Source: an uncultured delta proteobacterium
Lineage (GTDB): Bacteria; Desulfobacterota; Desulfobacteria; Desulfobacterales; JAFDCJ01
Assembly (NCBI GenBank): GCA_963769935.1
Contig: CAVYNY010000016.1
Span: 328,209-392,208 of the forward strand
Direction of reading: 5' to 3'
Length of the DNA stretch: 64,000 nt
Position 1 is the stretch's first letter; each line of letters opens with the position of its first letter. Under the pieces are notes generated by a model. That model made no database searches. It was not told where the DNA came from and saw only the letters and a list, made by a program, of their open reading frames with translations. The position numbers and the translations under genes are program-made. This document shows positions 31,504-42,810 of the stretch, piece by piece.

Positions 31504-32298
31504 TTATAATTCGGCCAGAAGTATATCCACCATTTCGGCAAATCCATAGCCTCCCTCGCGTTCCACCATCCAGGTGGGATAACACTCCAGCTGCCCCTTG
31601 AAATTTTTGACGTTGGCCACGCCGACTGCGTTCGGGAAATAGGCAAACATGGGCGCATCGTTGGGCGAGTCTCCCGTGTAAATGACCTGCTCCTTGATAT
31701 CCGCCAGGCGCCGATCAAAGACGTCTTCAAACAGGATGCCGGTCATGGTGAGTTTGTCATAATCGCCGAACCAGCCGTTGACGTGAATCGAGCTGACCTT
31801 GGCCCGGGCCCCGGCCCCGGCAAAACAAGCTACAATGGCATCGATGTCTTTTTGGGGCAGCCGCTGGATGTCTTCACAGTAGTCGATGGCCAGATCCGCT
31901 TCCCGGTAGGCCTGATCCGCCGACACCCGGCAGCCGGGAATCTTCTGCAAAATCTGGTGCCTGAGGTTTTCCAGGCGCCTGCGATCCGCTGCCCGCTGCT
32001 TCTCCGGTTTGAAATAGCGCCGCAGCATTTTCTTTTGGGATTCATCGTAGCGGAAGTAAAAGGCGCCGTTTTCACCCACCAGCCCCTCGACGGGCCACAT
32101 GCGCGCGATGTGGTCACACCAGCCGGCCGGCCGGCCGGTAATGGGTATGGTAGGAATGCCCGCCGCTTTTAAGCGTTCCATGGCTTCAAAGACCACCGCC
32201 GGCAGCCGGCCATGATTGGTGAGGGTATCGTCGATATCGGTCAAAACATATCTGATGTTTCTCTTTACTGAGGCAGGAATCTGCTCAAAGGGTTTCAT
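31504..32298 (-). CDS. HAD-IIB family hydrolase
   Basis: DIDDTLT, ITGR, GDSPNDAPMF. Confidence 0.9.
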   Translation of the reverse strand: MKPFEQIPASVKRNIRYVLTDIDDTLTNHGRLPAVVFEAMERLKAAGIPTIPITGRPAGWCDHIARMWPVEGLVGENGAFYFRYDESQKKMLRRYFKPEKQRAADRRRLENLRHQILQKIPGCRVSADQAYREADLAIDYCEDIQRLPQKDIDAIVACFAGAGARAKVSSIHVNGWFGDYDKLTMTGILFEDVFDRRLADIKEQVIYTGDSPNDAPMFAYFPNAVGVANVKNFKGQLECYPTWMVEREGGYGFAEMVDILLAEL

Positions 32299-32605
32299 TT
32301 TCAAGTCACTTTCGGGATAATTAACTTTAACGCTGCACAAATCAGCATAGCTAATTTTAAAAGTGTAGACATAAGACCGCCGCTTTTGCGAGATCGATGC
32401 TGGATGCTCGATACTTGATGCTGGATATTCAGGAATGGACCCGGAATGAGATCCAGAAAAAACAAGTATCCGGAGAACCAGTATCTCTCCGAGGCGCAGG
32501 CTCTACGAGCCGGAGGCCAGGATCGCGTGATATTGCCAATACTCCAGCACTCCAAGGTCGAGGCATTCACGGGCTTCTGACAAGTTTCAAGTGCTTTAAT
32601 ATTGT

Positions 32606-35600
32606 TTATGGTTTCGTAAAACTGTGGAGAATACCTTCTTTGTGAGGACTCTTTAACTCATGGGGATGCGTTAGGCAAGCAGATTTTTGATGAACCTGAA
32701 TTGAGCGATTGCCGGGCGAATGTGATTTTAGTCTTTTAAAATTCCGATTTCGAATTTTCGCAACGGCAGGGTTTAGTAGAACCAAAAGAACCGGCAGCAA
32801 AATTATTGCCGCTAATCCCAGCTTCCGTGCCTGCTGCCAAAGGGACGCCGGTTGGTCCGGCGGTTGATTGCCGCTGCCGGCAGCGGCCGATATAAAACAG
32901 GTGAGATCTTCCGGAATGATGCCGTCAAACAATTTATCGATCGGCGAATCGGAGCCGCCGCCGTTCGGGTCGGTTTCCGATCCAAAGGCCAGAGGATCGA
33001 CGATGATTCCGTTCGCGATGCCGTCTGCGTCACCGAATCCCCCGTCTTTAATGGTTAGATACACCTCTTTGCGGTTGGCGCTGAATTCGGTGAAGTCGGA
33101 ATAATCCAGCCAGATCCCGTCAACCGGATCATATTTGAAGCAATTTCCTTCTTTGAAAGCCGACTTGGAGAGATAGATGGTAACCGTCGTCTCATCGCCG
33201 GGTTGGTTCACCAGCAATTTGAAATCAAGCAATCCAAATTCGATAAAGTTCGGCTTGCCTTTGGTTTTGGCAACCAGCTGCGGGTCGGCAGGGTCTTCGG
33301 CTCCGAGCGAAATGATTGAATTGGCATTTCCAGCGTCTCGAATGCTGACACAAATTTGAACGTGGCCCTCTTGCTCGGCCACGTTCACACACTTGATGTC
33401 GGTTTGAGCGATGTCCATGGTACCGTCGCGATCAATATCCTGATATTCCGAAACTTCCTGATCATCCGGCACCCCGTTTCCATTCAGATCCTGCAAGGCA
33501 TCAGCGGTGGTGAATTCTCTTTCAGCAGACCATTCCGACGGTGCATCCTGGCTGTCGATAAATCTGGCTTGCCAGATATACTCGGTGTCTGGCTTCCAGG
33601 ATCTGTCTGGGGATCGTCATCGAGGTCAATGAGGCTGAAGAGGTGACATCAAATACACACTGATCATCAAAGGCCCGGATCACTTTCCACCGGGTTTTTC
33701 GATGAACATCATTGACGTTGGCATCCGAAAATTCGCCGGTTCCCAGCTGCGGCGTCAAGTCCGACCGTCGCCTTGTTTTCGGGAGTCAACAGGGCCGGCG
33801 GATCCGGTTTGAAATTTCCTTCATTGTAATTCGGTTGGCTGCCCAAATTGTACTCGTTGATATTGCTGATCTCGTCACCGTCCGGATCATCGGCGGCATC
33901 ATTCTTCAATGGATTCAGGCCGTATGCAATCTCCCAGGTATCCGGCATGCCGTCATTGTCGTCGTCCTCATCGGCGTTGTTGCCCAGGCCGTCGCCGTCC
34001 GTATCGATTGTTTCTGTCGGATCCAGCGGGAAAGCATCCTGGTCGTCGGCCACACCGTCCCCGTCGCTGTCGACTACCGCCGGTTTGGTGATCTCAACCA
34101 CACACGTATCGACATCGGACAGACCGCCGGCATCCATTACGGTGAGTTTAAAGGTTAACTGTTCTCCGTCTGTCAATATCTGGGGTGCAACAAAGGTGGT
34201 TTCGGACTGGTTGGGAGTTGAAAGCGTCACCGCTGCTCCACCGGTCTGTTCCCAGGTATAGCCGACAATATTATGGTCGGGATCAGTTGAACCGGAAGCA
34301 CTGAGTATGACGGCAGTGCCTTCTTCAACGGATTGATCGCTGCCCGCATTGCTCACCGGTGCTGAATTCTCGGTAGATATCGTCACCGTATCCGGTGCGC
34401 TGCTGACCGTGCCGTCGTTGACAATCAGCTGGAGGGTGTAGGTTCCGGCGGCATCAACCACAAAGGCCGGTTTCTGAACTTTGGTGTCGGCCAACGTTGC
34501 GTGGCTGCCGCCGGGTTTCGCGACAAACGACCAGTTAAAAGACAGGCTGTCGCCATCCACGTCGCTGGAGCCGCTGCCGTCCAGCTGCACCGTGTCGTTG
34601 ACCAGGACCGCCTGATCCGCTCCGGCATCGGCCACCGGAGCTGAATTCTCCGTGGATATCGTCACCGTATCCGGCGCACTGTCCACCGTTCCGTCGTTGA
34701 CGATCAACTGCACCGTGTAAGTACCGGCGACATCAACATCGAAAGTGAGGTTTGACGACATGGGTATTGGACAGCGCTGCATGGCTGCCGCCGGGTTTAG
34801 AGACTATTGACCATCGATAGGTCAATGCATCGCCATCGGCATCGCTGGAGCCGCTGCCGTCCAGCTGCACCGTGTCATTGACCAGAATCGCCTGATCCGC
34901 TCCGGCATCGGCCACCGGGGCCGAGTTCTCAGTGGATATCGTCACCGTATCCGGCGCACTGTTCACCGTGCCGTCGTTGACGATCAGCCGCACCGTATAG
35001 CTGCCGGCAACATCAACGTCAAAGGTGGGCTTCATGGCGGTGGTGTCGGACAACGTTCGCCTGGCTGCCGGCCGGCCGGGAGACAAACGACCACGTAAAG
35101 GACAGACTGTCCCCATCCACATCGCTGGAGCCGCTGCCGTCCAGCTGCACCGTGTCGTTGACCAGCACCGCCTGATCGGCTCCGGCCGCAGCCACAGGAG
35201 CTGAGTTTTCAGTGGAAATCGTCACCGTATCCGGCGCACTGGTCACCGTGCCGTCGTTGACGATCAGCCGCACCGTGTAGGTACCGGCGACATCCACTAC
35301 AAAGGTGGGTTTCAAAACTTTGGTGTTCGACAGCGTGGCGCTGCTGCCTCCCGGACGGGAGACAAATGACCACGTAAAGGACAGGCTGTCCCCATCAACG
35401 TCGCTGGAGCCGCTGCCGTCCAGCTGCACCGTGTCGTTGACCAGCGCCGTTTGATCGGCGCCGGCGTTGCTGACCGGGGCCGAATTATCGGTGGAAATCG
35501 TTACCGTATCCGGTGCACTGTTCACAGTGCCATCATTGACGATCAGCCGCACCGTGTAGGTGCCGGCAACATCGACGATGAAAGTGGGTTTCACGGCATT

Positions 35601-36877
35601 GGTACTGGACAGCGTCGCGTTGCTGCCGCCCGGTCGGGAGACAAACGACCAATTGTAGGTCAAACTATCGCCATCCGCATCGCTTGAATTGCTGCCGTCA
35701 AGCTGCACCGTGTCATTGACCGGGACGGTTTGATCAGCGCCGGCGTTGCTGATCGGCGCCGAGTTCAGCGTAGTAACGATCACCGTATCCGGTGCGCTGT
35801 TCACAGTTCCATCATTGACGATCAGCCGCACCGTGTAAGCTGCCGGCGACATCGACCACGAAAGGTGGGTTTCACGGCTTTGGTGTTGGATAATGCCGCG
35901 CTGCTGCCGCTCGGTCGGGACATAAAAGACCAATTGTAAGTCAGACTGTCCCCATCGGATCGCTTGAATTGCTGCCGTCAAGCTGCACCGTGTCTGACAC
36001 CAGGACCGCCTGGTCGGCGCCGGCATTGCTGACCGGCGGTTGATTATCGGCCACGAAGCTTGCCGCAATCGTATGATCGCTGGCTGACATTATGGAAGGT
36101 ATACGTCGTTACAGCACCGACAGAGGATCCATCAACTACTACATCTGCAACATGATAGTATTGATTCGGGCTGATGGAAAAGGATTGATCGGCCCCGTTG
36201 CTTACCTTTACCGGACCGGCGGGAGAAATGCTGCCGTTTGCACCGGCTGAAGCAGTGATGGTGTGCGGTTGAATATCGATGCTGAGGTCCAGACAGGCCG
36301 ACCAGCCGGATGCGGCATTGTGGGTGTCCTGCGACTGGGCTTTTATGCAATAGCTGCCGACCGAGGAAAAGGCGTGTGTCCGGGAGTCGGCGCCGCCCCA
36401 GCCCGAGGTATTGCCGTCGCCCCAGTCAAATCGATAGGTCAGCGAATCTCCGTCAGGGTCCGTCCCGGAGGTATTGAAGGCGTAACTCGTTTGGACGAAT
36501 CCGCTGGCCGGACCTGTCGGCTTGGCGGGCGTATTGGGTGCCGAGTTGGCAGTCGGCACAGTGTAGACGAGTTCCTGAGAGTAATCGCTTGCGTTGTCGG
36601 ATGTATCGTAGGCCTTGACTGCAAAGTAATAGGTCGTTCCTTCAATAAGACCCGTCAGGGTGTATTCGGTATTATTGCCCACATCGATGCTGTTTGAATA
36701 ACTTCCGCTGGAGGTGCCGTAGAAAAATATATAACCGGCCAGATCGGACTCGTTGTTGGCGTCCCAGGCAACTGTGACATCCGCCGCCGAAGCGCCGGAC
36801 ACCGCCAACAGGAGAAATAAAGGAAGTAAAGCAATTAATTTAAAACACTTTTTAATGGGTAACGGTAAGCTATTCAC
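32606..36877 (-). CDS. Large secreted/surface protein: Fn3, PKD/Ig repeats, DxDxDG calcium repeats, C-terminal CFI-box-like anchor (split by several frameshifts)
   Basis: Signal peptide, AWDANNESDLAGY Fn3 motif, repeated NSAPVADAGADQ...LIVNDG, DSDGDG repeats, TCFISAA followed by a hydrophobic tail. Confidence 0.82.
34365..36045 (-). repeat. Six tandem ~279-bp PKD-domain repeats
   Basis: Recurrent GCCGTCCAGCTGCACCGTGTC and GTCACCGTATCCGG at about 279-bp spacing. Confidence 0.88.
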
Positions 36878-36938
36878 ATCAGCACCTCGACAAACTTTTT
36901 TTGCTGCACGAACCGGACTCAGCAAAAGTGCTGATGTC

Positions 36939-37027
36939 GCTCGGCAGCCCTGCTACCTTTCCAAGGGTAAAGGATTACGGCCAGTGGCTTTGCGTCCCGT
37001 CCTTTCAGACGGTTTGCCCTTACGAGC
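36939..37027 (-). ncRNA. Cyclic di-GMP-I (GEMM) riboswitch
   Basis: Minus strand GCTCGTAAGGGCAAACCGTCTGAAAGGACGGGACGCAAAGCCACTGGCCGTAA...GGTAGCAGGGCTGCCGAGC; P1 GCUCG/CGAGC, GAAA tetraloop. Confidence 0.92.
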
Positions 37028-37058
37028 TTAAAAAATCATTTCCCGCGGAAGTTCTTAG

Positions 37059-37074
37059 AGCAAAACAGGTGCCA
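37059..37074 (-). promoter_or_regulatory. Sigma-54 (-24/-12) promoter
   Basis: TGGCACCTGTTTTGCT matches TGGCAC-N5-TTGC, about 30 nt upstream of the riboswitch. Confidence 0.8.
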
Positions 37075-37475
37075 TGATGTAGTCGGCAGGTAAAAAAAGA
37101 GAAGTTCGCCGGAAACCCGGCGGCAGATAAGTACAAAAAAATATTCGAAATTTTTATAGGGTTGAGAGGATCTTGCTTTTAGAAAGAAAATTTGAACATT
37201 AATGCAATCCGCGCAAAGAATTGCAAAAAGAAATGATTATGAGTAAATTGTTACCTAGACTCCCGGCTTGCGATGTATGAATAATTATTCGTGGATCGTA
37301 TAATTTAGAATACACGCGGCGGGGAAAAGACGGAAGAACAGCTGGGGCCGAAGGTACTACACTAAAACCGAAATCAGGCTTGGTAGAAGTGGCACCTGCA
37401 AAGGCAGGAAATTAATAGCACTCAGTAACATTGACCACATTTTGTCGATGTCGGTTTGTTTGGCGCCGAATTGAT

Positions 37476-39236
37476 TCAGGTCTCCTTTGATTCATCGATC
37501 ATCAGCAAACTTAACGGGATCGGACGGGCCGGCGGCCGGGTGGTCACCATTTTAATTTCGGCCGGGTCGGCGCCAAACTCCCGGACCAGTATGGCGGCAA
37601 TGGACGGCTGGCAATTGGTGCCCTGGCAGTACCCCATTCCGCTGCGGGTCCGTTTTTTGATATCATTCAGGTTCATTGTTCCCGCCCGGGCGGCCTTGCG
37701 GATCTCACCGGCCGTGATACCCTCGCAGCGGCACACGACGGTATCGTCGGTCACATTGGCATACAGATCCGGGTAAACCTGATAGATTCGATCCATGGCC
37801 CGCCGGAACCGGCCCATGGATTCAAGCCGTCTGAGTTCAGGCAGGGCCGCCTGCACGGCCTGATCCCGGGAAATGCCGCCGGCATGGGCCGTCGCATGCA
37901 GTCCGGCAATGGTGCCCTGCATTTTCGCCACCAGCACGCCGGCAATGCCGGCGCCGTCGCCGGCCACAAAAATTCCGGGCTGGTCGGTCTGCATGTTTTC
38001 ATCAAAATAAGGCACCCATCCGCCCATCAGCGGATTATAAACATGCCGGCAGCCAAGCATACCGGTCAGCCAGACCGACGGTATCAGACCGTAGCCGATA
38101 CACACCGTATCCACTTCAAAGGTCTTCTCGGAGCCCGGCACCGGGCCGCCGCGGGAATCCACGGCAACGACCACGGCGGCCTTCACCTGCCCTTCGCCCT
38201 GAATGCTGCGCAGCGCATGGGATCGCAGCATCTGAACCCCGGCGCGTTTGAGGCGGTACATGTAGGTGAGCCCCTGCCTGATCAGGCCCGGCTGGCGCAG
38301 TAAATCCGGCAGATACCGCCAGGCGCGCAGCGTCGCTGCCGATTCCGCCAGGGCCACGACCTCCATTCCGGCGTTGAGCATCTGATTGGCCACCACCAGC
38401 GGCAACGGTCCCGTGCCGGCCAGCAACACCCGGCTGCCGGGCCGCACCCGCTGGCTTTTCAAAAGCACCTGGGCGCCGCCGGCCGTCATGACCCCGGGCA
38501 GCGTCCAGCCGGGCACCGGCACCGGGCGCTCGTAGGCGCCGCTGGCGACAATGATCGCCCGGGCATCCAGCAAAATCAGCTCATCATTGCGGGCGACCGC
38601 CAGCTGGTTGGATTCAAATGCCGACCACACCAGAGCGTCGTTCCAGATTTCAACAGTGTCGGAAAGCTCCCGCACCTGTCCGAGCAGCGATTTTCCATCC
38701 GCATAATCAGATCCCAGGATGGTGGAATCTTTTACCTGAAAGGTAGGCGGAAGCTGCCGGTAGATCTGTCCGCCGGCCTGCAAATTTTCATCGATCACCA
38801 GAACCCGGGTGCCGGCCCGCGCCGCGGCAATTGCAGCACTGAGGCCGGCCGGGCCGCCGCCGACAATGACCAGCGGCACTTTTTTGCGCACCAGACGACC
38901 CGGCGCAGGTTCGGGTGCCTCAAGTTCTATCCGGCCATACCCTTCCTGCAGCGTGATTTGCTGACCGGCGCCGACCGGCGTAATGCACGCTCTGACATTG
39001 GGTCGGCCGTCAACCGTGACCAGACACCCGTGGCAGGTTCCCATGCAGCAGTAAAGGCCCCGGGGGTCTTTGGCCTGCTCCGTCCGGCGAAATTCCCGGA
39101 TGCCGGCTGCCGCCAGCGCCGCTCCGATGCTCTCGCCTTCATAGGCCCGCACCGGCTGCGCATTGACGAAAATTTCAATTTCCTTGCCGCGGGTAATCCC
39201 GCTTTGAATGCGATTGTCCTTAATTGGTTGATTCAT
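37476..39236 (-). CDS. Fused 2Fe-2S / FAD-dependent oxidoreductase / BFD-like subunit (HcnAB/OoxA/sarcosine oxidase alpha-like)
   Basis: CCMGTCHGC...RAC, IVGGGPAG, VCRCE...GYCQG. Confidence 0.88.
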   Translation of the reverse strand: MNQPIKDNRIQSGITRGKEIEIFVNAQPVRAYEGESIGAALAAAGIREFRRTEQAKDPRGLYCCMGTCHGCLVTVDGRPNVRACITPVGAGQQITLQEGYGRIELEAPEPAPGRLVRKKVPLVIVGGGPAGLSAAIAAARAGTRVLVIDENLQAGGQIYRQLPPTFQVKDSTILGSDYADGKSLLGQVRELSDTVEIWNDALVWSAFESNQLAVARNDELILLDARAIIVASGAYERPVPVPGWTLPGVMTAGGAQVLLKSQRVRPGSRVLLAGTGPLPLVVANQMLNAGMEVVALAESAATLRAWRYLPDLLRQPGLIRQGLTYMYRLKRAGVQMLRSHALRSIQGEGQVKAAVVVAVDSRGGPVPGSEKTFEVDTVCIGYGLIPSVWLTGMLGCRHVYNPLMGGWVPYFDENMQTDQPGIFVAGDGAGIAGVLVAKMQGTIAGLHATAHAGGISRDQAVQAALPELRRLESMGRFRRAMDRIYQVYPDLYANVTDDTVVCRCEGITAGEIRKAARAGTMNLNDIKKRTRSGMGYCQGTNCQPSIAAILVREFGADPAEIKMVTTRPPARPIPLSLLMIDESKET

Positions 39237-39365
39237 CCCTACACTCATTCTTTGTTTAAAATTCAAGGAATGGATTCTTTTATATTTTAAAAAAGTAAAA
39301 TAGAATCCATTCCACCAATCAATTCCAGCTTTGGAATCTCTAAACCCGAAGCCTTTCAACCCGCG

Positions 39366-40463
39366 TTAGGCAAACCGCCCGGGGCTGAAGGCTTCCATAG
39401 GGTGTTCGGTGCGGCCGTCGACAATCATTTCACTGACGGCTTTGCCGGTGCTGGCACTGAAGCGCACACCGGTGCGCCCATGGCCGGAGGCGACCAGCAG
39501 CTTCGCGCAGCCGGGCACTGAACCGATCACCGGCAGATTGTCCTCGCAGATGGGCCGGAAACCGGCAAAAAAGCGCAAGGCCCGCACCGCGGCCAGCATG
39601 GGTACAGCCCGGATGAAAGCCCGGGTGAAGGCCGTTAATTTTTCCAGCGTAATCCGGTTTTCGAATCCCACAAATTCCGTGTGGCTGCCAAGATAAAAAT
39701 TACCGCTGGCCGTTTGTCGGGCATACAGGTGATCGACAAACAGGAGCACCCGGTCGGTCATCCGGGGACAGGCTTCGGTAAGAATAACCTGGCCGCGGGC
39801 CGGCACGATGGGTATCTGAAGCCCCAGGGAAGACAGGATTTGCGGGGTGTGCGCGCCGCCGGCCACCACCACCCAATCGCCCTGAAAATCGCCCCGATTC
39901 GTCACCACCTTTTCAACCTTGTCGCTGCCGACCACGATATCCTGAACCTCAACGCCGTATTCAACCCGGCCGCCCTGCCGCAGCGCAGCATTCAGATAGG
40001 CTTCACCCAGACGAAACGGATTCACATGGAAACTTGCCGGGTTGAAGATCGCGGCGGTCACCTGCGGTGCCAGCAGCGGCTCAAAATCAAGCGCCTCCCT
40101 GCCGTCCAGCAGCCGGCAGTCGATGCCCATCTGGCGGATTTCATCATAAAACGGCCGGATTGCGCCGGCTTCCTGCTCGTCAAAGGCTGCATACAGGGAC
40201 CCGCCCCGGATAATTTCAAGCGGCGGGTCAAAATTCTGCTCGTGATCCAGGAACAGCTGGTAGCTTTCCAGGCTTAACGGCCGCAGCGGTGCCGGTGTGC
40301 TCCCGCTGCCGCTGATGCTGATAATCGCCGCGGTGCTGCCGGTGGCGCCGCAGACCAGATGGTTGCGTTCCAGCACAAGGACCTTCGCACCCCGCCCGGC
40401 CAGAAAATAAGCGCAGGCCGTTCCGATAACCCCACCGCCAATGATAATGACATCCGATTGCAT
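39366..40463 (-). CDS. FAD-dependent D-amino acid oxidase family protein (HcnC/OoxB-like)
   Basis: IIGGGVIG, PARGQ, AGFRP, SGHGRTG. Confidence 0.88.
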   Translation of the reverse strand: MQSDVIIIGGGVIGTACAYFLAGRGAKVLVLERNHLVCGATGSTAAIISISGSGSTPAPLRPLSLESYQLFLDHEQNFDPPLEIIRGGSLYAAFDEQEAGAIRPFYDEIRQMGIDCRLLDGREALDFEPLLAPQVTAAIFNPASFHVNPFRLGEAYLNAALRQGGRVEYGVEVQDIVVGSDKVEKVVTNRGDFQGDWVVVAGGAHTPQILSSLGLQIPIVPARGQVILTEACPRMTDRVLLFVDHLYARQTASGNFYLGSHTEFVGFENRITLEKLTAFTRAFIRAVPMLAAVRALRFFAGFRPICEDNLPVIGSVPGCAKLLVASGHGRTGVRFSASTGKAVSEMIVDGRTEHPMEAFSPGRFA

Positions 40464-40781
40464 TCCGTAAGCATCCTATTCGCTTTAGCGTTATTTTTCT
40501 TCTCTATAATTAAATTTTAGATTTGCCAATAGCAAAGTATCCAAGCCCGGAGGATCAGGTTTTCTAAATTGGATCGGTTTTTTTCTTGACCTGCAAAAGG
40601 AGACCCGGGTAATAACAAGCTACGGGCTTCGCCCCAATCGGTCTGCGGCCCTCAGGGACTGCTCCTCTAAGGGAATGTTGGAATTTTGGAAAATCGGTTG
40701 CAGAAGCTCCGAGACGCGGCAGCCTGAACGACCAGCACATTATTTTGTCGAATAAACATTCTTTGCGGGATCATTGCGAAT

Positions 40782-41351
40782 ATGGCACAAAAACGGATTA
40801 ACTATCAGTCGGTTGTGCTTATCATATTAATCTCTGCTGCCCTGTTGGTGTTTTTTGCCCTGCGGCAGAAGGACTCGCTTTTACAATACCTGAATCCGGA
40901 AGCGGTGGCCGTCAACCGGCCGGCCCCCGATTTTACATTGCCCGACCTCGACGGCCGGATGGTCAGCCTGTCCGGCCATCGCGGCAAGGTTGTGGTCGTC
41001 AATGTGTGGGCCACCTGGTGCCCTCCCTGTGTGGAAGAGATGCCGTCGTTGGAAAAATTGTACCGGGAATTTAAAGCGGAAAACTTCGCAATCCTGGCCG
41101 TCAGCATCGATTCGGCGGGAGCCGCTGCCGTGGCGCCGTTTATGAAAAAGCACGGACTGACCTTTCCCGCCTTGATTGACCCCCAGGCAACCATTCGAAC
41201 CAGTTATAGAACCACCGGCGTTCCGGAAACATTCATCATCAACAAGAAAGGCATATTGATGAAAAAGGTCATCGGCCCTCAGGACTGGGCCGCTCCTGAA
41301 ATCCTGCGCTATATCCGCCAACTGGTTCAAGAGCCTTATTCCGCAGAGTAA
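40782..41351 (+). CDS. TlpA/ResA-like thiol-disulfide oxidoreductase
   Basis: N-terminal TM helix, WATWCPPC, GVPETF. Confidence 0.92.
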   Translation: MAQKRINYQSVVLIILISAALLVFFALRQKDSLLQYLNPEAVAVNRPAPDFTLPDLDGRMVSLSGHRGKVVVVNVWATWCPPCVEEMPSLEKLYREFKAENFAILAVSIDSAGAAAVAPFMKKHGLTFPALIDPQATIRTSYRTTGVPETFIINKKGILMKKVIGPQDWAAPEILRYIRQLVQEPYSAE

Positions 41352-41438
41352 AATGCCGGAGCCGCGATTGCAACGCCATATATAGCTGCCAAGGCGGCAT
41401 TAAATAGATAAGATACCAAAAATATTAAACTTTCAATC

Positions 41439-41595
41439 TTGATGAAATCGTAAAAGGTAGCGATTCCGGATTTTTATGGATTCCCACCTGCGCGGCAATG
41501 ACAATAATTATATTGATATCGGTTAGTCAAAACAGCTGTCATACCCGCGCAGGCGGGGATCCAGTCGTTAGAATCACTTTTTACCATATCATCAA
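41439..41595. mobile_element. MITE-like element containing REP-like palindromes
   Basis: Ends TTGATGAAATCGTAAAA / TTTTACCATATCATCAA; internal GGATTCCCACCTGCGCGGCAATGAC and GTCATACCCGCGCAGGCGGGGATCC. Confidence 0.55.
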
Positions 41596-41628
41596 TCTTT
41601 AATTTTCAATCAAAAAGTGAGCTGAAAA

Positions 41629-41877
41629 TTGTGCGATCAATTACTCAAGGCCATGCAAAACGCCATCCGGGAAGTCCGGCGATGGCCCAAAAAAGAAGTT
41701 CAATGGTTTCACGTCGAAAATCGATTTGCACCCATGGGGGTCAAAATGATCGGGGTCTTCTGCGACGCCGTCAAGAACGCGGCCTATGTTGATCCGGAGC
41801 GCTATGTAGCCGGTTTTCAAATTATTCCGGACCAGATTCCGGGCTTCGGTTCGGTATCGGGGATCAGTTTGTGTTAA
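41629..41877 (+). pseudogene. Internally deleted gene remnant (possibly DHH-type phosphoesterase)
   Basis: Short protein-like ORF with an apparent junction after KEVQWFH; family assignment weak. Confidence 0.3.
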
Positions 41878-42128
41878 ATGAGGTGCCGGGCTATAAAAAG
41901 AAAAAAGAACACCAGCAGGTTGATTCCATTAATCACATGATGGATGTCATGCAAATCGACGTCAAAAAAAATCCCATCAAAATCACCTTCGGCGGATCGG
42001 AGTTGGCCGGCTCAGGTGTCGGTGCCAGCGCCGCCCACTGCGTTTCACTGGCCCGGGCGCTGAATGCGGAATTCGACCGCGGTCTTTCCATCGAGGAAAT
42101 CAATCATTATGGAAAAGGAGGGCTATAA
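41871..42128 (+). pseudogene. GHMP kinase (mevalonate kinase-like) internal fragment
   Basis: AGSGVGASAAHCVSLARAL GHMP ATP-binding motif; both ends missing. Confidence 0.6.
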
Positions 42129-42176
42129 GGTCATCCGGGCCGCGGTGGGGGGGTATGTCGTGAATACTTGATATTC

Positions 42177-42236
42177 GTAGGTTGGGTTGATCCGCCTAGG
42201 CGGACAACATCATCGATCGGGCTCAACCCAACCTAC
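42177..42236. repeat. GTAG-type REP-like palindrome
   Basis: GTAGGTTGGGTTGA...TCAACCCAACCTAC. Confidence 0.75.
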
Positions 42237-42347
42237 CATAAATCGGACTTTTCGTTTAGGCACCAGTTAAGAAGCCCACCCCGGATTCCAACCCATAGGG
42301 TTTTCAACCCGGAGTAGGGATCAAATTTTCAATGTTAGAACGAATGC

Positions 42348-42617
42348 CTATTTAACAGCCTCTTTTAATGATTTGCCGGCCGTAAATTTGGGAGCTTTGG
42401 ATGCCTTGATCTTGATCTCTTCGCCGGTTTGGGGATTGCGTCCCTTTCTAGCTTTTCTTTTCGTCACTTTGAAGGTCCCAAAACCAACCAGGGTCACCGC
42501 ATCTCCCTTTTTCAACGCCTTGGTGATGGATGAAAATACACAATCCACTGCTGCCTGAGCATCCTTTTTGGTACCGACAACTTCGGCCACTTCGTTGACT
42601 AAATCGCCTTTATTCAT
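42348..42617 (-). CDS. hup: DNA-binding protein HU
   Basis: MNKGDLV...GFGTF...[12 protein letters not shown]. Confidence 0.96.
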   Translation of the reverse strand: MNKGDLVNEVAEVVGTKKDAQAAVDCVFSSITKALKKGDAVTLVGFGTFKVTKRKARKGRNPQTGEEIKIKASKAPKFTAGKSLKEAVK

Positions 42618-42810
42618 TCTTTTCTCCTTTCATCAATTCTAATTTTATGAAATGCCTTTGTACGTCCGGCGGCACTTTCGAAAAATCGAGGCTTTGGATT
42701 ATTCCATTAAAAACGCCTTTTATTGTGCTTGGTTCCGATATTATACAATATCCGCTGTGTCAAGGTTTTTTGAATAATTTTTCGTAATCCCTAACTTTTC
42801 CGGTAAAATA

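Noticed and set aside
34365..36045. CRISPR array
   Set aside because: Repeats are ~279-bp in-frame protein domains without unique spacers; no cas genes are in the window.
37476..40463. Hydrogen cyanide synthase assignment
   Set aside because: The motifs are shared with opine, proline and sarcosine-type oxidases; substrate cannot be determined from sequence.
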